61,559 bases of DNA, filler included, from Bipalium vagum (GCA_037834085.1; 3 parts of 3 records of this genome joined end to end with filler, not necessarily neighbours in it), one strand, 5' to 3'. Counted from the first letter of the whole stretch, positions 25,514 to 45,850 are shown. Numbers and translations: made by a program. The notes: generated from the sequence alone by a model not told the origin.

Positions 25514-25613
25514 NNNNNNNNNNNNNNNNNNNNNNNNNNNNNNNNNNNNNNNNNNNNTTAATTAATTAANNNNNNNNNNNNNNNNNNNNNNNNNNNNNNN
25601 NNNNNNNNNNNNN
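25514..25613. other. Assembly gap with synthetic linker
   Basis: 44 N + TTAATTAATTAA + 44 N = 100 nt. Confidence 0.97.
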
Positions 25614-25830
25614 TTAAATTATTAATTATTAAAATTACTAATTATTATAACTGTTTTGATCGGTCAGAATTGCAAATCAAATATAAACAAATATATAATT
25701 TGTATTGAGTTACATGCACTTTAAATAAATAAAATTTCATGCACACAATAATCATAAAAGTTTAAAAGTTTTGAATTGATCATTCATATCTGTTGATCCA
25801 CTTTTTTTGTCGTAGATTTTGCAAGAGGGT

Positions 25831-25878
25831 TTGAACTTGTTGGCGTTGGACGTATTGAACTTGTTTGCGTTGGACGTA
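25831..25878. repeat. 24-bp tandem duplication
   Basis: TTGAACTTGTTGGCGTTGGACGTA followed by TTGAACTTGTTTGCGTTGGACGTA (1 mismatch). Confidence 0.85.
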
Positions 25879-27640
25879 GTCTCCACATTTTCACTAATGG
25901 TTGGTGAATTTTTATGAATACGCTTTTCATGTGACAGGAGTCAATGATGAGTTCTGTGCGGTTCGGTTGTTTATGAGCGAACCAGTTGGGTGCATCTAAC
26001 AGCCCAAGAACCCATCGCCAGCAAGCGGTGAGCTGATAATTGTTTTATTTATTTATTTTTCTTTGTGTATTTTTTAATTAATAAATAAATTTTGAAATTG
26101 TGATTAACAATTAATCATTGATTGATTTCATTAACTAACTATTTTTATTGGTTATTAGTTTATATAGATTTGATTATTTTATTAAATTTATTGACATTTT
26201 TTTGATTAATTTAGTTTAGAACATTTGATTGTGTTGAGTTGATAAAAAATTGAATAAAGTTTTGTTTGATTCAAGTATAACCAAATATGTTATGAACTAA
26301 AGTGAAAGAATCAGTTAAGTCCCAAGCTAAGTATCACAAAAATTTTCATAGTAATAAAAAGTAATAATTTTTGAGTAAATCAAAAAACATAGAATACCAT
26401 TAATAAAAATATTTCTGAAATGTTCTTGAAAATTTTTAGGTTCAATAATAAGTTTCAGATCATAGGGTTTTGGTTTTATTCCAGTTTTAATTAAGTATTC
26501 AAATAAATAACATTTATTATTAAAATTTATTAATATTTAAATTTATTAATAGATTGGAACATAATTTTTTTATAATTTACACAAATATCTATAAACATCA
26601 AAAACCAATTAAATTGCAGAATAAATATATACATAAATTTTCTGAAAAATCTTGTTCACATGCATTATTTAACAGTGCTGTTGATTCTCTTTTTAAAATA
26701 CTAAATCTAATCATATTTCATAAGGGAAGAAAATAAAATGCATTGTAGGTTTTTCATAATTTGTTATTTCCGAAAATGAAAAAGAAAAAAAATGTTCATT
26801 TAAAATCATATTCAGGTGTGACCTTGGCTTCTATTCCGCTATAACTTAATTTTTCGTTTTATAATTTTTACTGTTCTTCATAAACTTTAACCAAGTTTTT
26901 GCTTCTCCCTACTAACTGATATCCATTCCTTTGCAAATCTAGATCACTGATATCAAAATTATTATATAAATCGGTATAGTCCAAATGATGACCAAATGTT
27001 AAAGTTTTGAGTTATGGATATCTGACTCCAATAAAAGTGTGATATTAATAATAAGGTCGTGTACTAATCAAAAATGATAAATTGAACAAGAACACTCTTT
27101 GTAAATTATATTTAGCTAAAAAATATTGTAAAAAAATCACTTAAAATGAAAATGTTTGAACTGCTGTTCATGAAGATTTTATTTTATTTTCAAATGTTTT
27201 TAATTCAATTACTAAATTTTTTGAAAATGGTTTTATTGACACAAAAATAGAGAAATTATCAGCAATTATAATAATACGTTTCAAAATAAAAAATGATTAA
27301 TAGTTTTATAAATTCTACTCAAAAATCAGATATGGAAGAATGGAAATTTAAAGGAACATTAAGTTAGATACCAGATAAATTTAGAAATGTGAATCAATCA
27401 AAATTTAGAATGGGTTCAAATGACATTAAAATCAGTTAATGAATATATTGGAAAATTTTGTTTAATAACAAGACAATTTATGTTTTTTAAAATGAGTTTG
27501 CATTTTAAATAATAAAATTTTTGATGATAATATTAAAAAGTCATTTATTAAATTTTTAAACCAATATTAAGAAAGAAAAGAAATAATGACAAATGCAAGA
27601 ATTTCAGAATTTAATAAAATGTTTCAATCACATATTCAAT

Positions 27641-28445
27641 ACTATATGGCGGTTGAAAAGTTTCCGTACTTTTTAAAATAATTTTGAAAGTGGAAAATTA
27701 TTATATTAAATAACTAATCAACAAGTCTGAACAGTAAAAAAATCATTTTTTAAAAGTATAACAATAAATATAAACGGAAAAACTACAATAGATTTTTAAA
27801 AAATACCATCACCGGATTTAATGCATAAATTAAGGCATTTCGGAAAAGTCCCAATTATGGTCGCACATTGTTCGGCTGTTGTGTCATCCCCTGCATTAAT
27901 CAGGGCCTTTTGGAGGGAATCTGTGTTATTGCATATGAATCCTGATATTTTTTGTTCTAAGTTAGACCAAACAGTAAAATTCATCGAAATGTCTTTTCTC
28001 AAAAGCCAGGAAATAGATGTTCATAAGTAAAAATAGTTTTTTGCAGAATGAGCCGATATCCAGTCTTGCTGTATGGTGAAACTGTGTTGTCCCAAATTCT
28101 GAAAGTCCAATCTAAAAGTATGTCTCGAAGAATAAACTGCTAATAATTTTCTGTATTAATTTTGATGCGTTTGTCAATAAACACCAATCGCATTTTCAAC
28201 TTGCGTTTATTCTAGCCTAAACAATAACGGAACTCGGGAAATTTCTTCGACTGATGATTTCAGCACCTATTGTCTTCTTCTGTCCTTTCTTTAGGAGTTT
28301 GTTTCTCTGAAGATTATTAAATGATTAAATTGTGAAAATCGTTTCATCAATAAAGATGATTTTCTCTCAATTCCCACTTGCTCATTATTCGAAATTTTTG
28401 CAGTCGCTTCAGTTTCATTTCATCATCCAGGAATTGAACACGGAA
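27641..28445 (-). mobile_element. Decayed maT (DD37D) transposon; boundaries approximate
   Basis: Minus-strand fragments IIFIDETIFTI, PSSVIV*A..LVFIDKRIKIN, FTIQQDW and NFTVWSNLEQK...FPKCLNLCIKSGDGIF match the maT/DD37D transposase layout. Confidence 0.75.
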
Positions 28446-28893
28446 AATTTTAATTAATGTGTATAATGTCACCGTTTCAACAAAAACAATTGATAAATAC
28501 ATGAGGTTTTAATTATTCATTCAAAAGAATCTCATTGATTCCGGTTAGAGGGAACGAACCTAAATCACTCGAAGAAAGAGCAACGTATTCCAAGTGGTTT
28601 TAAGTTTTATACAAAGGTGCATTAATAAGGAAGCCATTATCGATGAATAAAATTTTGTAATCTTTTTTGAATAAAATTTAACCCAAAATGTGATTTAATA
28701 AATTCTAAATAGATTTTCCTATTTTAAAATGAATTAAACATTATCTAAACGAGAGTAAAAACCTTATAAGTTTACAATTTCTAAATAGTTTTATGACTAA
28801 AACAGTTTGTTTTATTAGATTAATTATTTTATTTTCCGTTAACGTAGATTTGCATAATATATTTATAGCTGATATATATTTCTATTAATTTAA

Positions 28894-31800
28894 ATGGGAA
28901 ATCAAATCAAGCATTTAATTATATGTTCTTTGGGAATATTTTTCTCTTACTTCTTTTATGGATTAATTCAAGAAAAGATGTTAGTTTTTGTAAATTTTAA
29001 TATTTTAAATGTATAAATTAGTACAAAATCAAAATTTGGATTTCAAAAGGAGAAATTTACTTGCATTACATCTTTAATTTTTATTCAATGTATCATAAAT
29101 ATGTTGGCAGCTTACATTGGTAATGAATTTGGTTATAGAATATTTAAAAAATATTTTTAATAGCCAAGAAGATAGCTCGAACTGAAGTTAATTCAAATAA
29201 AGTACCACAAAAACTTTATGCATTATGCTCATTGACATATATTGGTGCAATGTTTGCCAGCAATTATTCTTTAAAGCATGTCAATTATCCTACTCAGGTG
29301 AATATTTTATCTTGAATTGGTTAGATATCATTCTGTGTTAAATTTTGCAGGTAAAACATATTTTACGCTTAGTGGTGTCAATTGAGAAATTTATTTTCAT
29401 TAATCTGTTAAGGTAGATAAATAAGATCATTAGAGTATAAAATAAATCTGATTCGAAACACTGCATCATAATTTTGTCAATTTTCACTTACAAGGTAAAA
29501 TTTCAATTTTTAGGTCATTGGTAAGTCCATCAAGCCAATTCCAGTAATGATCTTGGGAGTGTTGTGGGCGAAAAAGTCATATCCGTTTAAGAAATATGTA
29601 TTTGTTTTCATGATTACTGCTGGTGTGATGTTATTTTTGATGAAAAACCTATCATTTAAAATTGAAACCAAAACTTCGTTTGGAATCGGAGAATTACTTT
29701 TGGTTATATAGTTTAAAAAGATAGCCTCATTGATTTATTTTTTCTCCAGGTAATTTCACTGGCTCTAGATGGCTTAACTGGTGGAGTACAGGATGATTTG
29801 CGTTTGAAGTATAATGTTCGGGCATACGATCTCATGTTTCAAATGAATATCTGGTCGTTGGTATATTTGTTACCAGGTATTATTTGATTAATCAATCTTC
29901 TGATATCTTTATTTTAAAAAAACTATCACAACTTTATTAAGTTAGATATTGAGAAATCGAAATTAAAGATTTGATCGATTGAAACTATTTTAAGGAACTG
30001 ATTTCATAAAATTCAGAAGTTATCGATTCATTCTGAGTCCGTTAAAGACTTCAGATCTTAATTATGAATTCTGAGCTGTACTACACCAATTTAGCATTGT
30101 CGTTTTAATTTTTTTGATAATGAATTAAAATTAATATTTTAAAGTTATAATGCAAAACTTAAAATTCAATAATTTTTTTCCACGAAAAATGTAAGTATAT
30201 TTGGAAACTCAAAATAGTAAATGAAATAAAAATTTAATCAAGAATGAATTACAATATCAAAACAAGCATGAAAGCAACATAATAGGTGAAATACAATTAA
30301 AATCATAAAATTATCGATTTGATTTATTAATGTTCTAAATTATTTTTAAAATTAGAATGTAGAAAAAATCTTCAATTTTTACTATTTATTTATTGATTTA
30401 CTTTAATTTTTATTTTATCGATTTTAGTTTAATTAGGAGTGTTAAAGCAATGAGATATGCATTCCTTTTATTGTTTAATATTTATTTTAATCTTTCTCAA
30501 ATTGAATTTTAAATCAATTTTGTCCTATCATTGTAACATAAATTGCTGGAGCAGTATTTTTTGAAATTTACTTGAATTCATTGTAATATAGAAAAACTGA
30601 CTACGACTTTTCGAAAAAGTTTTCATCCATTTAAATTATAATTATTGTTGTTGTAAGAGTCAGCATCGGCAGTGATATCAACCAATTTTATCAGATCTTG
30701 AGATTCTCAATGATTGTACAGTCTCCTATAGATAAAAGAATTTAATATCTTGAAACCGGTTTGATAGAAATCTATAATTTATGTTTCTAAAATTTTAGTA
30801 ATCTATTAAATCTTTTCGCAATGTGTTTTCATTGGTCAGTTGGTTACCTCTTCACAGAATTTGGTTATTTTAAAATGCTTTCAAGATCAATAACTAACTG
30901 TAAATTTAATCAAGTGTCATACAAATAAAACTTCTGTCACTATTCTTTAATTGAAAAGAATTTTTTCCTAGGACATTATATATTTGACGTGGAAAAGCTT
31001 GTTATATTGAGTTTTGTATTTCAAGATTTAAATGATATATAAATATTTATTACTGTTTTTTCAATCTGATTAAGTTTTACGAATTTTGATTTTAACTTCT
31101 AATAATTTAGGATTTTTAATTTTACTTTAATGTTTTTATATATCTCGGTTTAAAAAATAAATTTTTAGTAAATTTTAAAGTCCATTTCAGAACATTGAAC
31201 GATTTTCAATTTATCGATTTAAAATGAAATTACATTTTTATCCGTTGTATAGGAAATGTTTTGGTTGTCTTATATTCAAATTGAAATAATAAAAAATTAA
31301 AATTGAATCAATGGTAAAAATGACACGAAAATAAGAAAATAACAAATCTGTGCATACTTGTGATTGGAACAAAAATGTTTACCCGAATAATGACTGATCT
31401 CAGGTCTAAATTCAACATTTTAAAAATTCTGAATTCCTGAGAACATTCATTATTCGGAAAAACAATTTTTGTTCCAATAGCAATATTTAAATAATGAGAA
31501 ATATCAAAATATAAACTGGTTATTTCGTAGTACTGTCTCAAATTTAATAGAAAAATTGAAATATGGAAACATTAAATTATCACCACAAGAGTGATTTATC
31601 GATTTAAATTTTACATTATTCAGTTTTAAACATGAAAAATTTTCATTTTATTTATTTAATACTAAATAACCGATATTAGAACACCATTTGGTTTGAATGA
31701 AAATGTTAAAAATCGAATTTTCACTTTTCAGGTATTGTGATATTTGAAGAATATCGAACGTTCGTTGAATTTTTAATTCGTCATCCGTCTGCGATATCAC

Positions 31801-32088
31801 TTATTCTTGGATTTGGCTTAACCAGTGCTTTGGGTCAAGTAAAGCTTTCTATTATTGATTTTCCAGACATTATTATATTTTAAGATTTTCATTTTTGCTT
31901 CGATCACAAATTTCGGACCGCTGATGACTTCGATTGTCACAACTACGCGGAAATGCTTCACTATTTTAGCATCGATAATATATTTCCAGAATCCCATGAC
32001 ATTTGTGCAAGGTATAGGTACAGGGATGATATTTCTGGGATTGATTCTCGATCAGCTGTATGGTAAAGAAAGGAAGTTGAAAGTCTAG
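28894..32088 (+). CDS. SLC35B1: Solute carrier family 35 member B1 (UGTrel1/AXER, ER nucleotide-sugar/ATP-ADP transporter family)
   Basis: Seven exons with consistent phases and GT-AG introns: 28894-28979, 29022-29119, 29164-29297, 29514-29702, 29750-29876, 31732-31838, 31885-32088. Hallmarks [44 protein letters not shown] and [16 protein letters not shown]. Confidence 0.95.
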
Positions 32089-33443
32089 CATTTTTATTGT
32101 AAAATTTGTTTTTATCCTCTTGTTTTTTGTTACTGTTTTCTTTCAGATCAATTAATTAAAAAATTTTTAATTTAATTTGAATATACTGTCTTTTGTTACG
32201 ATCGATTATTTTATTGAGTTTAAAAACAATGAATATTTTGATTAGCTCATTAAGATGATTTTTTGACTTTTATGTTATAATTTTATTACTCATAATCTAA
32301 AGTTGAAATATTGATTGATAAAATTAAATATTGATTTCAAGAATTTAAAAAAAAATTCAGATAGTAAACATAAAAAACAAAGTAGAGTGGAAATTATTAA
32401 AATTAAGTCATTAGAATAATTAAGAAATAATTTAGAAATTTAAAAACTAGTTCAGATTAATAAGGCCCGCTTAGATTGTAGATTACCTGCTAAAAGACTG
32501 TGAGAACATAAAAAAGAAATATGAGGTGGTTTGATATTTGTATTTTAAAATAGAAATAAAAATCAAAACAAAATATGAAATTATGTTAAAACTTTTTCCA
32601 AGAAATTGTAACATTTATTTGTTTACATGTATTTTTTAATGTAATTTTGTAAAATGTTGAATTTTGAAATGAAATTTATTTATTTAAGATTATGTGATAA
32701 TGAGCAGATATTTAATGTGTAGATATCAAATGATAATAAAACTATGTTGATGTGATGTTAAAGATTATGATATAAATAACGTAGGGGTTTATTGGAAATA
32801 CTAATTACAGTGCTCCCTTTGATTTTTTGCTTCAAATGGGTGGAAAAGTTAGAGATCTGCAATTATTGCATAACATCGACACAAAACAACTATAATTCTT
32901 TAATTTAAAATGAAAATTGTTTGGTCATTTATCCATGAGCAATATTTTTCAATCTGAGCCACAAATTGAATTCTTTTGAAGTCATCTAAGAGTTTTCAAA
33001 TTTTAAATATCTGCAAAAGAATAGTTAAAATTTTAAATGCTTTAAAATTTATGAATTTTCAATGGCGAATGGCTTCAGTTTTTCAGAATCATCCATATTC
33101 CAATAAAATAATGATTTTGTCTTCATATTTTTAAAATTCCATTTCTAATTTTCGAATAAACATTAAAATAATTTTTGTTTTTAAAAGCTTTCACCAATAC
33201 ATAATCGAAACTCAATATTGTGGGGCTTCATAAATTTTTCTACCCATACATTTGAAGTTTCAGAATTTTTTTGGTCTTCATTATGTTTCATCCTAAATAC
33301 AAACATAATGCCATTTTTGTAAAATAGCATTATTGTAAAATTAACTAATTATTATAACTCGACGACCAGTTTCATTAATGGGGAATGTCAATTCCATTTT
33401 TGAATCATTATTTCTAAATCAGTCCCTCCTTGTGGACCCCTAA

Positions 33444-33484
33444 TCTAATCTTGACAATGTGGCGTCACCATTGTCAAGATTAGA
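33444..33484. repeat. Perfect 16-bp inverted repeat with 9-nt loop
   Basis: TCTAATCTTGACAATG-TGGCGTCAC-CATTGTCAAGATTAGA. Confidence 0.9.
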
Positions 33485-33849
33485 CCCTTTTGAAAAATAA
33501 TAAATTACTTTTTTTATTTTATCAATATACTAATTACCTTGGTACTTATTAATTAGTTAAAATTATTTTTAGTATTATTATTTCGTGCACAATTTCATAA
33601 TTGTTATCCGTGAAGGGTGGGTGTTTTTGGTAAACAACAATTTTAAATCTTATTTGTTATTTTAAAGTATGTAGTGGTTATAATATTTAATTATAAATAC
33701 AGTATTTAAAGGTCTTAATTATATAGATTTTTAAATTTTATTAATAAACTTATGTTTTATCTTAATAAATTTAGAATTATATTTATTAAATTGGTTTAAA
33801 TGGTTAAACTATATCTCAATTTTAAATGTACAATTTAAAATATTAAACG

Positions 33850-35120
33850 TGCTACAGAATGACAGAAATTTCCGATATCAACTGGAAAAATATTTCAGTA
33901 TCATACAATGAGGAAATGCATATTTTTAGGTCCTGATTGAAAAAGATTCACAAGATTCTTTTTTATTAAAACTATTTCACAAGAATGCCATTAGACACTG
34001 AAGCTGTGCCGGGAACTAATGACCAAGATGTTAGATTGGTTAGAAAAAACAATTATATACACGGATTATTTTTTTCTAAGGTATTAAGTACACATTGAGT
34101 TTCCGATGAGTATTAGACCGCATTCAAAAACCCAGGAATATGCAATTTACCCCAAGAAGTAAAGTTTATTATGGGCGTATTATGAAAAAGATGGAATTTG
34201 AACAGATCTTTTGAAAATCTAAGCTACCACAAATTGTAGAAGTTCTATCACAAAGCGATGATTATTAAAATGAAATATCTACTGTTTACGGATCACATGC
34301 GTCTTCAGTACATCAAAAAGATTAACATCCATTTATTATCCCATGCAATCACTTTAAACATTACTTTTATGGAAAGAATTTAGTAAGAATAGATCATAAA
34401 CCTATTGTGTTTCTGAAGACTTTCAACCCAATAACAATTCAGTTCCAGGCGTGGATGAACTATTTGCCCAGCAACTTTTTAGGGATTCAGGGACACATGA
34501 GATCACACTATGGTTTATTTAAATTACATTATAATATTCCCTATTTATGGTGAAAATTTATAAAAGACAGCAGCATACTGGAAGTACAGGTTTAAAAATA
34601 AAGTATTTTAATTATTTTGAATCAGGATCGGGAAAACATGAAAATTTGCAGTATCCAGAAATATATGACAAGTTTTTGAATTTCCGTGGGGAAACCAAAA
34701 TCTTAAAAAGAAAAACAAAATGTGAGTAGTCTGTAATGGTGTTTGAAAAATTCATAAAAGCATAACATAAAGCGTTTGAGCATCTAAAAGAGCAAAACTA
34801 ACTAGAGAACCAGTATTGACATATCCAGACATGACAAAACCGATTTTGTTAATGTCACCCCAGTGGTGACGCGGTCAGACCTGTATTAATGCAGCAAGCG
34901 GGAAATAAAATTGATAACATAATATCGAATCTAGATAATATGAGGGAGTCAGATAGTACGGGTTGATTAATATAAAATTTTAACATACAAATATAAATAA
35001 TGTTAGCAGAAGTCTCTGAAAGAAAAATATATAACATGATATTTCTTATGAGAAACTTATTAAAGAAAGCTGAAATAGAAAATTGTTACATGGATTTCGT
35101 AATCAAACTTCCAAAGTAAT
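33850..35120 (+). mobile_element. Decayed Ty3/Gypsy LTR-retrotransposon pol fragments (RT connection/RNase H); boundaries approximate
   Basis: KAFEHLKE..LTREPVLTYPDMTKPILL...VLMQ at ~34770-34895. LFTDH and IDHKPIVFL..QFQAWMNYL are RNase H-like segments. Many stops and frameshifts; no LTRs seen. Confidence 0.7.
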
Positions 35121-37193
35121 GAAAAAATTTAAATAATTGTAATTCCTTTCATTATTAAAACAGTATTAGTTATTATTTATCATCTAGAATAAAATAAGAC
35201 TAAGAAATTTGATGATCTACTAGAATTTATTAAACTGCTATTACCGAAACAAAATTACCCGATAACTTTAAATAATATAGTGTCCAACTATAATATAGAT
35301 TATACAATATGTAATTGTCATACAACCAATATTAAAAATGAAAATTGTAACAAAAATGTTTGGTGAAAAAATAAATTAAAATTACTTCGAAAAGTAAAAA
35401 AATATTTCTGAAAAGTTTTATATAATAATTAAAAATTATTTATCAATTACTCTTTATAGAAAAAAGCATCGACCATCCTTTATCACTTCTACAATTGAAA
35501 AATTAAAATTACAGAAAAATCTTTTATATAGAACACGGTTATGTACGTTAACTTTTTTATATAATAGTAAGAGTGGGCGATATTAGAGATTATTGTTTTA
35601 ATCCAGTTTAAACGAATTCTTCTTTAATATCTTACAAACATACTTCAAAACCACACTTTTTGCCGTCAAAAGCCAAATATATTCAACAAAGCCATAGTAC
35701 TACAAGTAGAACAAGGTCATGACAATATTCAACAATTGAGTTACAAATATTGACCTGATATTGATAATAGAAAAATGTAAATTTAAATAAGTTGTCACGA
35801 TTTAAGATTAATCTACAAAATCGAAGTCAGAGGAAACATTACAATAAAAATCTTAAAAAGTAGTATTTTCTTATCTAAGAAATGAAAAAACACGAAAAAA
35901 TTAAAGAAATCGATTTAAATGTCTAAATCAATAATTTTATAATTGGAATTAAAATTTTTTGCAGAGATTCACAAGAAATATTTAAGATAATGAATAATAA
36001 AACAACAAATAATAACCATATTATACTGACCACATATCATATCTCATGTACCATAAATTTTTGTGCTCTACAAAACTTTATTAATTTTTCAAAATAATAC
36101 CTACACATTTTAAATTCTTAAATCGATTCAAAAAATTGCAAAGGCTTTCATCAGATTTTTTTGCGTAAGAATGTACAATGACATGTACTACTTCAAATGA
36201 TCAAATCAAAAAGTATCGAAATGACAAAAGTCTTAACAACGTGAAAAATATTTAAAACTGGCTGAAAAACTTTTTCAAAGCCTGGTGTGATAATATTGAA
36301 AGTTTGATGGGAAAATGGAAGCAAGTTATAAATTAAACCTACTTTTACATTTTTCCAAAGAGTTTCAAACAATATTTAATAAGAATCAGAGAATAAGACG
36401 TTATAACCAATTAAAATGATTCGTAAAAAAAAATAATCATTTTTTTAAACAAAAAAGTCTCAAATAAATTCATCAATAAAAATTATAATACTATATCTAT
36501 TGTCTTCAACTTTAGATCAATATAATTTAATTATGTTGAATTTTGAAAATTTTATTTTATTTTCTGCGAACACAAATTGTTATTCAAAATATAAGCTTTC
36601 CAAACATAAATTTAATAATAATTTTAAAAACTACTTTTCATACATCGCATGGCACGCACCACCACCAAGTTGAACTTTTATTGGAACGGTTTCCGTTTGT
36701 TTAAATTGTGTACCTGAATGAATTGATAAAAAGGCCTGGATTTTAAGAAAATAATCTCAACACGAAAATAAAATAACCACACAACAATAACAGAAGAAAA
36801 CAAAACAAATAAAACTACACGTACGTAATATTTATTTCAACCCAGAAAAAATAAAGCGACAAATTTTTTCACAAGCCCTCCACACTGCACACTTTTTCAT
36901 TGAGATTATCATTTATCAAATAAATAAACCTAACGCGCGAAATGTCCATTTCACAATAGTTTACACTCCTCGGGTTTAAATTTGCAAAAATATTGCACTA
37001 TATAAAATATTGATTTTTTATGGAATACAGTCGCATGTAACACAGAGAAATTGTTAAAATAAAATTTCGCAATTCCAAACTTTTTATACACACGGAATGG
37101 TTATATCGCAGAACTACTTGTTAAATAGAACAGTGAAATATACTCTAGGCCAGTTGCCTTGTTAGATTTTTTTGAATTGTCAACAAAAACTGA

Positions 37194-43383
<6,190 letters not shown>

Positions 43384-44121
43384 TTCGACCTACGTATGTT
43401 TATTAATTTTTATAATATTAAGATGTGTAACAAAATAAAACAAAAGTGCTTTTGAGCTAAAAACCATAAATTTTTAAATGTATTTTAATTTCTTAATATA
43501 AATATATAATTTTTATGTAATACAGTATTATATTATTTTTAAAAGTTTCATTATTTTGTTATTAATTAAAAATTATTACATTATTTTAAAAATTTAATTA
43601 AAAGATATATCTTTATTATGAAAAAATCAATCCATAGATTCTTTGAACTGGTTATTTAAAATTAAAAATAAGATTTTCAGTCACAAATTAAAATGTATAA
43701 TGTAAAACTAGCTTTATTAAATATTTTCCATAATTTTCTAGGACTTATTATCATTGAATATAGATTACTATTCTTTCTATTTGTTATGTAATTAATGTAG
43801 ATTTGAAATAAAATTACTATTTTTAAGTTTGATCCTATGTTAGTGTCCGCAATTAGACACTTATAATAAATTCTTTTCTAGCAAGATATATCCACGATAT
43901 TCCGGGAAAATAATGTGTCTTGAGCGAAAATATCAAGATCAAAAAAAGAAAAAATATACTATTCTCCAAAAAAATTTGACAGTCAATGACTGTCTAAGTA
44001 GGTTGGTTGTAAAAATGAATACATAAAGAAAAACTACATATACTAGGTCTTCCAAAAGAAGCTTTACTACTTTAAGTCGCTATTTCTCCGTACATAAAAA
44101 TTAAAAAGCCAAGTAATTTTA

Positions 44122-44221
44122 NNNNNNNNNNNNNNNNNNNNNNNNNNNNNNNNNNNNNNNNNNNNTTAATTAATTAANNNNNNNNNNNNNNNNNNNNNNN
44201 NNNNNNNNNNNNNNNNNNNNN
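44122..44221. other. Assembly gap with synthetic linker
   Basis: 44 N + TTAATTAATTAA + 44 N, the same design as 25514-25613. Confidence 0.97.
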
Positions 44222-44689
44222 ATTTTTAATGTAAATAAACAATCAATTGTAAATATTGATATATAGCGGTGTATATTAAGTAAAAAATCTCAAATTATTA
44301 AAACTACTAAAAAACGCTCTGACTTTATGAACAATCCAATATTAATAACTGAAGAACTGATAAAAAGTTCAATAAATGTTTCATAATAATATTTCTTTAC
44401 GCAAATCTTGTTATCAATTGCTAAAGAGCGCATACTCGAAAAATAAATAATAAAAAAATATAAAATTAAAAAAAAGGCTTAACAAAATGAAAATATACTG
44501 ATGACCAATCATAAAATTATATATGTTTTTTCTTTCGCATCCTTTTATCATAGTCAACATTTTTCTATTTTTCTTTTGATTTTGATTTTTTGATGACCAT
44601 TTCGTTTTTTAGAAAATCTTTAAATACAAAAACCTTAGGCAGATACTAAACAGACTTCTAATTATTTTCCACTAGGTTACTTAATTTAC

Positions 44690-44960
44690 AAAATATTCTC
44701 ATGCTACAAGGTTTGAAAAATTGTTTCCTTTGAATGGAAAATTTTGAGGAAAAAATATTAGCACATCTTAAAAGTCTAATTTTTTCCAATTTAAAAATTT
44801 TTCATTGAACGAAATAGGTGATAATCAGAAGTGCGAAGTTTGTCTAGAATGAGGTAAATGTTCCCAACCAAACTATTTAATTTCCCCGGTGTTCTTTTTC
44901 ATCTTATTGTGGCACTGTTTTGATGTAAAACGATTTTTCCATTAACCAAGTTTTTCCACA
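44690..44960 (-). mobile_element. Mariner C-terminal remnant
   Basis: Minus-strand GKIVLHQNSA..GWEHLPHS..SDYHLFRSMKNF. Confidence 0.7.
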
Positions 44961-45249
44961 TGAATATCTAATTTAAAATCTTACTGAAAAGTAACAGGAT
45001 GCTTCAAATCTCTCTGTGAAATAAACTTACGTCTGTTATTGAATTGATTTCTTTTTAATTTTATGATAATCTATGTGATTCTTAAAACTATTAATAAATT
45101 TCCATTTCATTATTTAATTAATTAAAAAAATTAGAGGTTTTTAAAACACGAGGATTATATAAAATAATTAATAAAAAAAAATAATAAATTTATAAATGGA
45201 CTGGGAATATTAATAATTATCATCGATTTAAAATAATATTTACCGAAAT

Positions 45250-45850
45250 CACTATTATTTTCAGGTCTGGTAATTTCATATAAGTAAGATCTTTCGGAGT
45301 GATTTTTTTCTTAACGAGGATAATCTAATTACCACAAGTAAAGCATTTATTATCATTATTGTTAATATTTCCCATGAAAGGTCAATAAAATAAAGATTTA
45401 ATAAAGATAAACCAGACAGTCGACAAGTACCAATACATAAATCAATTGTAACCGTAAATTGTAAATGTAAATCAATATTATCATCGAGAAAAGATATGAT
45501 AAAATATCAAAAGGTATTTTTCTCCATGATAATGTGAAACCCAACACGGAGAATATCTTCAAAACCAATCTCCAATGCGTCGATTGGAGATTCTTCAACA
45601 CCATTCGTTCTCTACAAACTTTGTGATATATTTTAATCTTTTCCACTGGCTATCTAACCAAACGAAAGGCATTACTTTTAAGAAGGAGGAGGACTTTACC
45701 AAGTGGATGACTAATCTTTTTCTGAATAGATCTAGTGATCTCTAACATAATTGTTTCGATAAAGTTGTGGAAAGATAGGAGAATAATAAAGTCCTAAATA
45801 ATAACAGAAATGATATTATTGATTTATTTTTATTATTTGTAAATAAAATG
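45250..45850 (+). mobile_element. Mariner remnant (mellifera-like); boundaries approximate
   Basis: Plus-strand FLHDNVKPN and LSNQTKGITFKKEEDFTKWMTNLF..KVVER*..NNNRNDIID match the mellifera-type transposase C-terminus. Confidence 0.7.
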
